32,000 nucleotides of DNA, taken from the NCBI RefSeq assembly GCF_001457595.1, contig NZ_LN831039.1, positions 3,600,001 to 3,632,000 on the forward strand, given 5' to 3'. A program made the position numbers and the translations under genes. The notes under the pieces were generated by a model. It was not told the DNA's origin. It did not search any database and saw nothing but the letters and a program-made list of their open reading frames with translations. The stretch comes from Mycolicibacterium smegmatis (GTDB taxonomy: Bacteria > Actinomycetota > Actinomycetes > Mycobacteriales > Mycobacteriaceae). This document shows, in pieces, positions 1 to 10,313 of the stretch (the stretch's first letter is position 1; each line of letters starts with the position of its first letter).

Positions 1-9
1 AGGTTCACC

Positions 10-921
10 ATGCGCGTTTTTGTCACCGGAGCTTCCGGCTTCATCGGCTCCGCGGTAGCCGACGAGCTCATCGCTGCAGGTCACACCGTCATCGGGCTGG
101 CTCGATCCGATGCGTCGGCCGAGGCGCTGACACGGGCGGGTCACGAGGTCCACCGCGGAGACCTCACCGATCTGGACAGTCTTCGCGCAGGCGCCGCATC
201 CGCCGACGGGGTCATCCACCTCGCATTCGTGCACGATTTCGAGAACTTCGCCGGGGCTGTCCAGACCGACAGTGCCGCGATCGAGGCGCTCGGGGAGACA
301 CTGGCCGGGTCCGACCGTCCGCTTGTCGTCGCCGCGGGCGTCGCCGGCCTTCCGCGCGGCACCACCGAAGATGACGCGATTCCCGCCGGGTTCCCACGCC
401 TGTCGGAAACCACAGCGCTGAACCAGGTTTCGAAAGGCGTACGGGCCTCGGTGGTGCGCCTGCCACCGTCGGTGCACGGTCGTGGCGACTACGGATTCGT
501 GCCCAGGCTGATCTCGATCGCCCGCGAACGAGGTGTGTCGGGCTATCCGGGTGACGGGTCCAACGCGTGGTCGGCCGTGCACCGTGTCGATGCGGCACGC
601 GTGTTCCGGCTCGCGCTCGAAGATGCACCGGCAGGCTCGCGGTGGCACGCGGTGGCCGACGAGGGCATCGCAGTTCGGGAAATTGCCGAGACCATCGGTC
701 GCGGTCTCGGCCTGCCGGCGGTGTCGGTACCTCCCGACCAGGCGACGGCGCATTTCGGCTGGCTGGGTGGATTCTTCGCCGTCGATGCCAACCTGGGAAG
801 CGCGCTGACCAGGCAACGGTTGGGGTGGGAACCCACCGGTCCGGGTCTGCTGGCCGATCTCGACGCGGGGCACTATTTCGAGTCCGCCGCCGGCCAGGGT
901 CTCGAGACGGTCACGGGCTGA
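10..921 (+). CDS. NAD-dependent epimerase/dehydratase (extended SDR family)
   Basis: Complete 303-aa ORF with N-terminal Rossmann motif MRVFVTGASGFIGSAVADELIAAGHTVIGLAR; start 9 nt inside the window. Confidence 0.9.
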   Translation: MRVFVTGASGFIGSAVADELIAAGHTVIGLARSDASAEALTRAGHEVHRGDLTDLDSLRAGAASADGVIHLAFVHDFENFAGAVQTDSAAIEALGETLAGSDRPLVVAAGVAGLPRGTTEDDAIPAGFPRLSETTALNQVSKGVRASVVRLPPSVHGRGDYGFVPRLISIARERGVSGYPGDGSNAWSAVHRVDAARVFRLALEDAPAGSRWHAVADEGIAVREIAETIGRGLGLPAVSVPPDQATAHFGWLGGFFAVDANLGSALTRQRLGWEPTGPGLLADLDAGHYFESAAGQGLETVTG

Positions 922-1003
922 CGGTCAATCGCTGCGCGGCCGGTCGATTCGAGGTTCACTGGAAGCCTCATCCGGCACACGCACGTGGGAAGGAGCAACC
1001 GTC

Positions 1004-2284
1004 ATGGTCGCCGAACCCAACCCTGTTCCCCCTGCGGCGACCCCCAGATCTGCTCCCCGCCACATCCGCCTGACGTCGCATCACGGCGCCGAGGGCGCGC
1101 TCGCCATCCGGTGGGGCGCGCCCACGGCCGCCGAACGCGGACCGTTGATCGGCACCACGACCACGCGCGCGCACCGCAACGTGATCGGTACCCACAGCGG
1201 TTCCTACAGCGTGTACCGCGCCCTGGCCGTCGCTTCCGGGGCGTTGTCACCAGAGCACCGGGCCGATCTGACCAACACCGCACCGACCGATGTCATCGGC
1301 CCGTATGCGCAATGGAGCGATCCGAGCGCGATCGTGAGTCTGGACCCGTGGGGCGCGATGGTGGCCGAGGCGTTCACCACCGAACTCGCGGCCGGTTTCG
1401 ACATCAGGCCCACCATCGCGATCACCAAGGCCCATGTGATCCTGCCCGAGATCGCCGATGCCATCGCCAAGGGCCGACTGCAGCCAGACGGACGGATTCT
1501 CCTTCCTAACGGCGCGGCGCTGGTGACCAAGGCCGCGATCGAGCCGGTGTGGTACCTGCCCGGGGTCGCGGCGCGATTCGGTTGCAGCGAGACCACTTTG
1601 CGTCGCGTGCTGTTCGAGGAGACCGGCGGCATGTACCCGGAGTTGGTCACCCGCAGCGATCTGGAGGTGTTCCTCCCGCCGATCGGCGGTCAGACGCTCT
1701 ACATCTTCGGCAACGCCCGCGACCTGGCCGATTCGTCGGTGGAACTGACCGCGCGGGTGCACGACGAGTGCAACGGTTCCGATGTCTTCGGCTCCGACAT
1801 CTGTACGTGCAGGCCCTATCTGACGCATGCGATCGAGGAGTGCATCCGGGGTGCGCAGCGCGGCGGGGTCGGTCTGGTGGCCTACTCCCGCAAGGAGGGC
1901 CGCGCACTCGGCGAGGTGACCAAGTTCCTCGTCTACAACGCACGCAAGCGGCAGGCCGGCGGCGACACCGCCGATCAGTATTTCGCCCGCACCGAGTGCG
2001 TGGCGGGCGTGCAGGACATGCGGTTCCAGGAGCTGATGCCGGATGTGTTGCACTGGTTGGGGATCCGCAAGATCCACCGACTGGTGTCCATGAGCAACAT
2101 GAAGTACGACGCGATCGTCGGCTCCGGCATCGAGGTGGGCGAGCGCATCAACATTCCCGAGGAATTGATCCCGGCCGACGCCCGCGTGGAGATCGACGCC
2201 AAGATGGCCGCGGGATACTTCACGCCTGGACCGGTTCCCGACGCCGAAGAACTGAAGATCGCGAAAGGCCGCGAACTCGCCTGA
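1004..2284 (+). CDS. GTP cyclohydrolase II-like protein, URC1 type (uracil catabolism)
   Basis: 426-aa ORF with RibA-like core VHDECNGSDVFGSDICTCRPYL...RKEGRALGEVTKFLVYNARKRQ, followed by DUF1688 and upp genes; SD-like AAGGAG upstream. Confidence 0.85.
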   Translation: MVAEPNPVPPAATPRSAPRHIRLTSHHGAEGALAIRWGAPTAAERGPLIGTTTTRAHRNVIGTHSGSYSVYRALAVASGALSPEHRADLTNTAPTDVIGPYAQWSDPSAIVSLDPWGAMVAEAFTTELAAGFDIRPTIAITKAHVILPEIADAIAKGRLQPDGRILLPNGAALVTKAAIEPVWYLPGVAARFGCSETTLRRVLFEETGGMYPELVTRSDLEVFLPPIGGQTLYIFGNARDLADSSVELTARVHDECNGSDVFGSDICTCRPYLTHAIEECIRGAQRGGVGLVAYSRKEGRALGEVTKFLVYNARKRQAGGDTADQYFARTECVAGVQDMRFQELMPDVLHWLGIRKIHRLVSMSNMKYDAIVGSGIEVGERINIPEELIPADARVEIDAKMAAGYFTPGPVPDAEELKIAKGRELA

Positions 2285-3483
2285 TGAGCCACGCCGATGT
2301 GCCTGCCGCGGTGACGGCGCTGCGTCGCACGCAGACCATCCGTGAGCGCGCGCGTTTCCTGTACCACCGTGCCCGCGACGGGGGCTCTGCGTGGTTCACC
2401 GTCGACGACGACGCGCTCGAACGCGCCGCGTCGGAGGTCGCCGCGGTCACGCGGGACAACTACCCGGACCTCAAGATCCCGTACCACAGCCGGTGGCGGC
2501 ACTTCGAGGCCGGCGGGATCGACCGCAGGCAGCAGATCGGCACGCGTGTGTCCGGCGGCGACGCCCTCACGCGCGCGATGGTCGACCTGACCGTCGTGAG
2601 CGTGCTGCTCGATGCGGGTGCCGGACCGGACTGGCGCTACACCGAACCCGGTACCGGACAGACCTTCACCCGCTCGGAAGGCCTCGGCGTCGCGAGCCTC
2701 CACGCGTTCTGCGATGGCCTGTTCTCCAGCGACCCGCAGGATCCGCTGCGGGTGGACGCGGCAGGCCTGGCCCGGCTCGACACCCACGCGCTGGGCCGTG
2801 CGTTCCAGGTGGGGCCCGGCAACCCCCTGGTGGGCCTGGACGGGCGGGTCGAATTGCTGCACCGACTGGGCGGTGCGCTCACCGAGGTATCCGGTGCGGC
2901 GCGGCCGAGCGCACTGCTCGAACCGCTTCTCGGCCGCGGCCCGGTGGCCGCACACGACATCCTCGACCGGCTGCTGGCGTCGCTCAGCGGAATCTGGTTG
3001 ACGCCCAGCGCCATCGAGGGACATCCGCTGGGCGACTGCTGGCCGCATGACGCGGTGCCCGGACCGGGACCGTCGGCGGGATGGATGCCGTTCCACAAGC
3101 TGTCGCAGTGGCTCACCTACTCGCTGCTCGAGCCGTTCGAGTGGGCCGGGGAGCGGATCACCGGACTCGACGAACTCACGGGTCTGCCCGAGTACCGCAA
3201 CGGCGGCCTGTTCCTCGACACCGGGGTGCTGCGGCTACGCGATGACAACCTGACCGAGCGCGCCTGGTCGGTGGGCGACCAACTCATCATCGAATGGCGC
3301 GCGCTGACCGTGGCACTCCTCGACGAGATCGCGCCCCTGGTCCGGGAACTGCTCGGCGTGCCGGACCTGCCGCTGGCATGCGTGCTCGAAGGCGGCACCT
3401 GGGCTGCCGGCCGCGCGTTGGCACAACGCCTGCGTGGCGGCAGGCCACCGCTGGTCATCGACAGTGACGGCACCGTCTTCTAG
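2284..3483 (+). CDS. DUF1688 family protein, URC4 type
   Basis: ORF track gives 1549..3483, but the natural start is the ATG at 2284 overlapping the upstream stop (TGATG). Protein [33 protein letters not shown]..., 399 aa. Confidence 0.85.
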   Translation: MSHADVPAAVTALRRTQTIRERARFLYHRARDGGSAWFTVDDDALERAASEVAAVTRDNYPDLKIPYHSRWRHFEAGGIDRRQQIGTRVSGGDALTRAMVDLTVVSVLLDAGAGPDWRYTEPGTGQTFTRSEGLGVASLHAFCDGLFSSDPQDPLRVDAAGLARLDTHALGRAFQVGPGNPLVGLDGRVELLHRLGGALTEVSGAARPSALLEPLLGRGPVAAHDILDRLLASLSGIWLTPSAIEGHPLGDCWPHDAVPGPGPSAGWMPFHKLSQWLTYSLLEPFEWAGERITGLDELTGLPEYRNGGLFLDTGVLRLRDDNLTERAWSVGDQLIIEWRALTVALLDEIAPLVRELLGVPDLPLACVLEGGTWAAGRALAQRLRGGRPPLVIDSDGTVF

Positions 3484-3493
3484 AGAGGACACG

Positions 3494-4123
3494 ATGGGCA
3501 CCCTGCACCTGATCGAACACCCGCTGGTCCAGCACAAGCTCACGCTCATGCGTCAGAAAGACCTGTCCAGCAAGGGCTTCCGGCAGCTTCTGAACGAGAT
3601 CTCGATGTTGATGGCCTATGAGGTGCTGCGTGACATCCCGTTGCACGACGTCGAGATCGAGACGCCGCTGGAGCACATGACCGGGACGGTGATCGACGGC
3701 AAGAAACTGGTGTTCGTGTCGATCCTGCGGGCGGGCAACGGCATCCTCGACGGCATGCTCAGCGTCGTGCCCAACGCCCGCGTCGGCCACATCGGCCTCT
3801 ATCGTGATCCGAAAACCCTTGTCGCGGTGGAGTACTACTTCAAGCTGCCCAACGACGTGGCCGAGCGCGACGTCGTCGTGGTCGACCCGATGCTGGCCAC
3901 CGGGAACTCCGCGGTCGCCGCGATCGACCGCGTCAAGGAGCAGCGGCCCCGTTCGATCAAGTTCGTCTGCCTGCTGACATGCCCGGAGGGCATCGCCGCG
4001 GTACAGGAAGCCCATCCCGAGGTGACGATCTACACCGCGGCGGTCGACCGTGCACTCGATGAGCACGGCTACATCGTGCCGGGACTCGGCGACGCCGGCG
4101 ACCGCATCTTCGGCACGAAATGA
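3494..4123 (+). CDS. upp: Uracil phosphoribosyltransferase
   Basis: [36 protein letters not shown]...[21 protein letters not shown]; PRPP-binding motif; ATG at 3494 preferred over the ORF-track start 3434. Confidence 0.95.
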   Translation: MGTLHLIEHPLVQHKLTLMRQKDLSSKGFRQLLNEISMLMAYEVLRDIPLHDVEIETPLEHMTGTVIDGKKLVFVSILRAGNGILDGMLSVVPNARVGHIGLYRDPKTLVAVEYYFKLPNDVAERDVVVVDPMLATGNSAVAAIDRVKEQRPRSIKFVCLLTCPEGIAAVQEAHPEVTIYTAAVDRALDEHGYIVPGLGDAGDRIFGTK

Positions 4124-4836
4124 GCCGGCCGGGCACCCGCGTCGCCCCCGCCCGCCCGCCGCACCGGTGGGGACTGGGCGCCTTCGTGCTCGTCGAGGTG
4201 GTCTATCTGGCGGTGTCCGGAGCGTTCGCGCTCGCCGCCGCGCGGGCCGAACCGCCGGTGGGGCTGATACTGGTCACGATCGCCGTTCCCACCGTGCTCG
4301 CGGCCTCGCTCGCGGTACTGATCGCACGCATCCGGGGCAACGGCGCGCGCACCGATTTCCGGCTGCGCTGGTCCTGGCGCGAACTGTGGATCGGGATCGC
4401 ATTCGGTTTCGGAGGCCTGTTCGTCACGCTGCCCGCGGCGGCACTCTACCTGTCGATCGTCGGCTCCGACACCACGTCGGCGGTGGGCGAGGTGTTCGAA
4501 GGCGTGCGTGCGACATGGCCTTTGGCGCTCACGGTGTTCGCGACGGTGACGTTCGTCGCGCCGGTGTGCGAGGAGATCGTCTACCGCGGCCTGTTGTGGC
4601 GAGCGCTCGAACAGCGCTGGGGACGCATCGTCGCGGCGCTGGTGTCCACCGTGGTGTTCGCGCTCGCGCACTTCGAGCCTGTGCGGGCGCCGCTGCTGCT
4701 GGTGGTCGCGATCCCGATCGCCGTCGCACGGCTGTACACCGACGGACTGCTGGCCGGGATAGCGGCCCACCAGGTCACCAACCTGCTACCCGGCCTGGTG
4801 CTCATGTACGGGCTGATGGGTATGACGCCGGCCTGA
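4120..4836 (+). CDS. CPBP family intramembrane metalloprotease
   Basis: Multi-helix membrane protein with motifs [21 protein letters not shown] and FALAHFEP; ATGA overlap with upp stop. Confidence 0.85.
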   Translation: MSRPGTRVAPARPPHRWGLGAFVLVEVVYLAVSGAFALAAARAEPPVGLILVTIAVPTVLAASLAVLIARIRGNGARTDFRLRWSWRELWIGIAFGFGGLFVTLPAAALYLSIVGSDTTSAVGEVFEGVRATWPLALTVFATVTFVAPVCEEIVYRGLLWRALEQRWGRIVAALVSTVVFALAHFEPVRAPLLLVVAIPIAVARLYTDGLLAGIAAHQVTNLLPGLVLMYGLMGMTPA

Positions 4837-4839
4837 ACG

Positions 4840-5622
4840 TCACCTCCTGCGGTCGCGCACCTTGTACGTCGAGGGCCACGACATGCGGCTCTCGTCGCCC
4901 ACCAGCGGGGTGCCCGAGCCGCCGACCCGCACGTCGTAGGCCTCCTGGCCGGGCCCGACCTCGCGATTGGCATGCTCCTGCGCCAGGTAGTACAGCTCGT
5001 CGATGGCGGCCTCGCTGTACGCCACGAACGTGGTCTTGCGGACCACGTCGTTGATGCCCTCCATCATGCGGTCGGGCAGGACGCGCGACACCAGCGCCGC
5101 CACGCCGAGCAACGCGAACGGTATGACCCAGTAGCACACGAACGACAACGGAGTTTTGGTGTCGAGGATCGTGGCGTCGCCCTGCACGATCGGCGGGATG
5201 GCAGACGAGACCGTCATCCCGGCGAATGCACCGACCCACACCCACGTGAGGATCGCGACGATGCGCTTGAACAGATCGCTTTCCACGACCCCCGGCGGCT
5301 GGCCGACCTCTGCGTACTCCTTGACGAACGGTTTGCCGATGATCGCGCCGACGAGTGCGACCAGGAAGATGCCTGCGTTGCTCAGCGGCTGCATCCACCG
5401 CTCCATCGCGTCCTGGCTTAGCACGAAGGTCAGGACCGTCAGGACCAAAAACGTCGCCAGCGCGCCGATCTCCAGTGTCCGCCCCGGAGTGCCCGAGATC
5501 CTGCTGATGACGAACGTGGCAACGGCGGTCGCCAGCGCGATCAGCACCGCGGTGAGGAACGGGACGTTGCCGACGAGTACCCAGTAGATGATCCATGGCG
5601 CGAAGCCGAACAGTATGCCCAC
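4840..5622 (-). CDS. Conserved integral membrane protein
   Basis: 260-aa ORF with several hydrophobic helices (MGILFGFAPWIIYWVLVGNVPFLTAVLIALATAVATFVIS...) and a soluble C-terminus; stop 3 nt from the convergent CPBP gene. Confidence 0.75.
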   Translation of the reverse strand: MGILFGFAPWIIYWVLVGNVPFLTAVLIALATAVATFVISRISGTPGRTLEIGALATFLVLTVLTFVLSQDAMERWMQPLSNAGIFLVALVGAIIGKPFVKEYAEVGQPPGVVESDLFKRIVAILTWVWVGAFAGMTVSSAIPPIVQGDATILDTKTPLSFVCYWVIPFALLGVAALVSRVLPDRMMEGINDVVRKTTFVAYSEAAIDELYYLAQEHANREVGPGQEAYDVRVGGSGTPLVGDESRMSWPSTYKVRDRRR

Positions 5623-5679
5623 GAGGGGACAGTCTAGGGGCTTACCGTTGGCAGTTCGGCAAGTATCACGGCATGGGTG

Positions 5680-6834
5680 TCAGCCGGCGTCGTCCGACCC
5701 GGAATCCGGCTCGGGGCCATCGCGGCGGTCATCGCGCCGGGCATCGCGCTGGGCACTGCGGCGCCACTCGGAGATCTTGCGGCCCACCGAGTCCGCCGCA
5801 GATGTCGCAGCCTGTCCCACGCCGTCGACGATGCCGCCGAGGCCGTCTCTGATCCCACGGATCAGCGGATCGTCCGACTGGTCGAAACCGTCCCGGTAGT
5901 GGCGCGCCGCCTCGCCGATGTCATCGCGCAACGCGGCTTTGTCGTCGTCTTCGCGACGTGGATAGTCCCCTGCCATGACCGCGCCGTAGCCACCGGTGTC
6001 CACCCACTGCGTCAGGGCCGCGGCCCGCAACACCGAGAACGGATGTGTCTTCAGTTCCAGGTTGAGCAGCTTGAGCAGACCGTCGCGCATATCGCCTGCG
6101 CGTTCGTACTCCCGCGCCTGCGCGAGGAACGCCTGCGAGTCGAGCTTGTCGAGCCGCGCCCCGGCCGCGAGCTTCAACTCGACTCGGATCGCGGTGTCGA
6201 GATCCTGGCCGCACAGCAACCCGGCCCGGTCTCCCGAAAGTTCGGATTTACGTTCCCATTCCATCAGAGCGGCGACGATGGCGCGCAGCGCCCAGCCGCC
6301 GATCGGGACGAACCCGAACGTCGAGGCGATCCGCATGAGATGCATCAGCATGGTGCGGTACACCGCGTGACCGCTGAGGGCATGGCCGAGTTCGTGACCG
6401 ATGACGAAACGCATCTCGTCGTGCGACATGAGGTCGTACATGCCGGAGGTGATCACGATGAACGGTTCGTCCATACCGATCGTGTACGCATTCGCCACCG
6501 GCGACTGTGTCACGAACATCTCCGGGCGGCTCGGCGCGTCGAGCACCCGGGCGCAGTCGTCGAGCAGCTCGTCGAGATCGGCGAACTGGCGCGGCCCCAC
6601 ACGTGCCGAACTCGCGAGGTACAACAGGCGGTGCTGCCGTTCGCGGAGCATCCCGGAGAGCACCTTGAGGACCTGGTCGAAGCCCTTGAGCCGGCGCAGT
6701 GCGGTCAGCGCGGTCCGATCTGCCGGATGCTCCCACGCACGGGAACTGATCCCCGGAAAAGTCGTCCGCTGCGGCGGTTGCGTCGCCGGTGGTCGGGTCA
6801 TGTGGAACCGCCCCTTTCGTCGCCTGCAGGTCAA
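5680..6834 (-). CDS. M48 family metallopeptidase
   Basis: Zincin motif FVIGHELGHALSGH preceded by SPVANAYTIGMDEPFIVITSGMYDLM; start may be the internal ATG of MTRPPATQ (about 6801). Confidence 0.88.
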   Translation of the reverse strand: MTCRRRKGRFHMTRPPATQPPQRTTFPGISSRAWEHPADRTALTALRRLKGFDQVLKVLSGMLRERQHRLLYLASSARVGPRQFADLDELLDDCARVLDAPSRPEMFVTQSPVANAYTIGMDEPFIVITSGMYDLMSHDEMRFVIGHELGHALSGHAVYRTMLMHLMRIASTFGFVPIGGWALRAIVAALMEWERKSELSGDRAGLLCGQDLDTAIRVELKLAAGARLDKLDSQAFLAQAREYERAGDMRDGLLKLLNLELKTHPFSVLRAAALTQWVDTGGYGAVMAGDYPRREDDDKAALRDDIGEAARHYRDGFDQSDDPLIRGIRDGLGGIVDGVGQAATSAADSVGRKISEWRRSAQRDARRDDRRDGPEPDSGSDDAG

Positions 6835-6885
6835 CCCTACGGACGGCGGACGAGGGGCGGTGCCACTTTTTGCCGCGGTGCGGGA

Positions 6886-7548
6886 TCAGGCGATGATGCG
6901 CACCAGGTACGGCGTCATGTTCTCCGTGCGCACCGGGGACACCTGGACACCGGAGTCGGTGGTTTCGACCATCTGGCCGTTGCCGACGAACAGCGCCACG
7001 CTCTGCGTGCCCTCGGGGCCGTAGAAGATGAGGTCACCGGGAAGGGCTTGCGACGGCAGGACCTTCTGGCCCACCTTGTACTGCTCACCGGAGGAGCGCG
7101 GCATCTTCACACCGGCGCCCGCGAATGCGTAGACGATGAGCCCGGAGGCGTCGAAGCCGACGACGTCGGGCGCCGGGGCGGCGACCGGGGCCACCAGGCC
7201 CGGAGTGATCGCCGGTGCGCTCAGGCCGGGCGTCACCGCGGGCGTGTTCAGGCCCGGCGTCAGCGCCTCGGGCGTCGCGGCAGGCGCGAGGCCCGGATAG
7301 GCGCCGGTGGGAACGGCTGCGGCAGGCGGGATCTCGCGCGGAACACCGCGGGTGGGACCGTTGACGTCACCACCGCCGTAGGTGAACGGCACACCGCGCT
7401 GCGAAAGCGCCCTGGCGATGACGATTTCGACGAATCTCTGGTTGCCGGCGGGCCGGTCGTACGGGGCGGCGGCGGCGATCCCCGGGATCCCCAAGAGCAC
7501 CGCGGTGCTCACCGCAAGACTCACCAAAACGGCATACGCGCGTCTCAT
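6886..7548 (-). CDS. ripD: RipD-like secreted NlpC/P60-domain protein, predicted non-catalytic
   Basis: Signal peptide MRRAYAVLVSLAVSTAVLLGIPGIAAAA; RALSQRGVPFTYGGGDVNGPTRG and GFDASGLIVYAFAGAGVKMPR...ALPGDLIFYG resemble RipD (Rv1566c). The ORF track extends to 7584. Confidence 0.75.
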   Translation of the reverse strand: MRRAYAVLVSLAVSTAVLLGIPGIAAAAPYDRPAGNQRFVEIVIARALSQRGVPFTYGGGDVNGPTRGVPREIPPAAAVPTGAYPGLAPAATPEALTPGLNTPAVTPGLSAPAITPGLVAPVAAPAPDVVGFDASGLIVYAFAGAGVKMPRSSGEQYKVGQKVLPSQALPGDLIFYGPEGTQSVALFVGNGQMVETTDSGVQVSPVRTENMTPYLVRIIA

Positions 7549-7831
7549 CCGAACATCAACTCTCTCGACCTCGGGGTGAAACACGACGCTGACTGCTGGT
7601 CGACTCCAGTAGCGTCAATTAGTTCTACCCCGCCGCGCGGCGGTTTGCCCAATCCGTAAGGGGCACAGGGCTGATCAGATGCAATACCGTGACCGAACGG
7701 TGATGCACCGCCGTCCGGGGTGACTCCGGACACGCCGCCGCGCAGTGACGATACCGGCGTGCGGCGACATCACGGTCACGTCACCTCCGCCGTGCCACAC
7801 CCGACGCCACGCGCCGGAGGACGACCGGAAG

Positions 7832-8578
7832 ATGGTTGCTGGAGCGATGATCGGCCAGACACCCACCACGCGGGCGCCGTTCGACTGCCAGGATGAGCAC
7901 ATGCACCCGAACCCGCTCACCTTCTCGGCCCGGTTGTGGCAGCAGATCGAAACCGTCTATGAGGAGATCCTCGCCCACCCGTTTCTCACCGGTCTCACCG
8001 ACGGCACGCTCGACGAGAAGACGTTCGCCCATTACGTCGCCCAGGATGTGCACTATCTGCGCGACTACGCACGCGCGTTGTCGATCGTCGCGGCCAAGGC
8101 CCCCACCCTCGCCGACACCGCGATGTTCGCCCGCCACGCCGCCGAGGTCTTCGACGTCGAACTCGGCCTGCACGGTGAACTCCTGCCCGAACTCGGTCTG
8201 GATGCCGCGACGCTGGAGGCCGAGCCGGTCGGGCCGACCACCCAGGCCTACACCAGTTACCTGCTCGCCACCGCCTATGCGGGCAGCTTCGCCGACGGTC
8301 TGGCCGCGGTGCTGCCGTGCTACTGGATCTATGCACGCGTGGGCGCCGAGCTGATGCAGCGCGGTTCCAGCGACCCCCGGTACCAGCGCTGGATCGACAG
8401 CTACGGCGGCGAGGAGTTCGCGGCGACCGTCGCCGAGGTGCTCGCCCTCACCGATCGCCTCGGTGCGACACTCGGCGAAACCGAACAGGCCACCGCGCAG
8501 CGACATTTCGTGGTCACATCCCGCTACGAGTGGATGTTCTTCGACGCCGCGCACCGCCGCGAGCAGTGGCCGGTGTGA
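7832..8578 (+). CDS. tenA: TenA family protein (thiaminase II / aminopyrimidine aminohydrolase type)
   Basis: LTFSARLWQQIETVYEEILAHPFLTGLTDGTLDEKTFAHYVAQDVHYLRDYARAL and LPCYWIYARVG with conserved Cys. Start uncertain (7832 or 7901). Confidence 0.82.
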   Translation: MVAGAMIGQTPTTRAPFDCQDEHMHPNPLTFSARLWQQIETVYEEILAHPFLTGLTDGTLDEKTFAHYVAQDVHYLRDYARALSIVAAKAPTLADTAMFARHAAEVFDVELGLHGELLPELGLDAATLEAEPVGPTTQAYTSYLLATAYAGSFADGLAAVLPCYWIYARVGAELMQRGSSDPRYQRWIDSYGGEEFAATVAEVLALTDRLGATLGETEQATAQRHFVVTSRYEWMFFDAAHRREQWPV

Positions 8579-8606
8579 AAGCGCCCGTAAAAGCGCCAGG
8601 GTCGAA

Positions 8607-8670
8607 CCGGAATACGAAGACCCCCACCCACGCGCGATGAGTGGGTGAGGGTCTGCGGTCGGTATTCGAG
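8607..8670. terminator. Long hairpin between convergent tenA and tpx, candidate bidirectional terminator
   Basis: AGACCCCCACCCAC (8618-8631) pairs with GTGGGTGAGGGTCT (8641-8654) at 13 of 14 positions, 9-nt loop; outer GAATAC/GTATTC arms (8610-8615, 8662-8667) extend it. Confidence 0.6.
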
Positions 8671-8682
8671 AACTCGTGTCAA

Positions 8683-8756
8683 CCGAGCGCTTTCAGCGCT
8701 TCTGCTAGCCGAGCGCTTTCAGCGCTTCTGCTAGCCGAGCGCTTTCAGCGCTTCTG

Positions 8757-8778
<22 letters not shown>
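8683..8778. repeat. 26-bp tandem repeat, three full copies plus an 18-bp partial copy overlapping the tpx 3' end
   Basis: Unit CCGAGCGCTTTCAGCGCTTCTGCTAG at 8683-8708, 8709-8734, 8735-8760; partial CCGAGCGCTTTCAGCGCT at 8761-8778 inside tpx. Confidence 0.97.
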
Positions 8779-9251
<473 letters not shown>

Positions 9252-9391
9252 GCACAACAGTCTGTCAAAACCCGGGCCGGTTCCAACAGTCCGGGGTGAT
9301 AGCGAGCGTCGATGACGGGTGGGGCCGGGTCCGTGACGAGGGGTCTGGATGATGGGCAGGGATGATCGAACTTCCTGATGCGGTACGTGCC

Positions 9392-10300
9392 ATGGCCGCA
9401 CGCGGACCGCGGTGGCAAACCTGGGTCGACGGTCTCGCCAAACTCGTGCGCACGCAGATCGGCGACTGGGAACTGACCGTCGACGGCGCCGCCATGCATG
9501 GCTACTGCTCGATCGTCGTGCCGGTGCGTGACCGCGACGGCGCCTCGGCCGTGCTGAAGCTCTCGTTCCCCGACGACGAGACCGAACACGAACATCTCGC
9601 GCTGCGGCGGTGGGGCGGTCACGGTGCCGTACGCCTACTGCGCGCCGACCCGCATCACCGGGCCCTGCTGCTCGAACGGCTGAGCAACCGAAACCTCAAC
9701 GAGCTCTGGGACATCCAGGCCTGCGAGATCGTCGCCGGCCTCTACCGCGCACTGCACGTGCCTGCACTCCCGCAGGTGCGCTCGCTCCCCCGGGCCGTCA
9801 CCCGCTGGACCGACGGGCTGGCGGCGCTGCCGCGCAGCGCACCGGTGCCGCGCAGACTCGTCGAGCAGGCCATCACCCTCGGCGCGGATCTCGCCACCGA
9901 TCCGTCCAGTTCCGGCGTGCTGATCCACGGCGATCTGCACTACGAGAACGTGCTTGCGGGCCCGGTCGGCAGCGACGACGGCGACGACGGCGACGACACC
10001 GACGGCGGCCCGGGTTCCTGGGTGGCGATCGACCCGAAACCGTTCGACGGCGATCCGCACTACGAACTGGCCCCGATGCTGTGGAACCGCTGGGACGAGT
10101 TGACCGGATATGTGCGCGAAGGCGTACGGCGCCGGTTCTACGCAGTGGTCGACGCGGCCGGTCTCGACGCCGACCGCGCCCGTGCGTGGGTGATCGTGCG
10201 CATGATGCACAACGCGATGTGGGAGCTGACCGAACGGTCCGAGCCCGACGCTCACTGGCTCACCACGTGCGTGGCCATCGCCAAGGCCGTTCAGGACTGA
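9392..10300 (+). CDS. Aminoglycoside/hydroxyurea phosphotransferase-like kinase
   Basis: SIVVPVRDRDGASAVLKLSFPDDETEHEHLALRRWGG...GVLIHGDLHYENVL...WVAIDPKPFDGDPHYELAPMLWNRWDE (kinase-like fold, HGDLHxxN and D motifs). Start may be 9362. Confidence 0.82.
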   Translation: MAARGPRWQTWVDGLAKLVRTQIGDWELTVDGAAMHGYCSIVVPVRDRDGASAVLKLSFPDDETEHEHLALRRWGGHGAVRLLRADPHHRALLLERLSNRNLNELWDIQACEIVAGLYRALHVPALPQVRSLPRAVTRWTDGLAALPRSAPVPRRLVEQAITLGADLATDPSSSGVLIHGDLHYENVLAGPVGSDDGDDGDDTDGGPGSWVAIDPKPFDGDPHYELAPMLWNRWDELTGYVREGVRRRFYAVVDAAGLDADRARAWVIVRMMHNAMWELTERSEPDAHWLTTCVAIAKAVQD

Positions 10301-10313
10301 CCGGTCGGCGACC

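Noticed and set aside
1549-2283. N-terminal 245-codon extension of the DUF1688 ORF in the ORF track
   Set aside because: It lies in an alternate frame of the well-supported cyclohydrolase gene; the ATG at 2284 with stop-start overlap is the natural start.
5677-7659. 660-aa plus strand ORF opposite the M48 and RipD-like genes
   Set aside because: Shadow of two well-supported minus strand genes; no domain signal.
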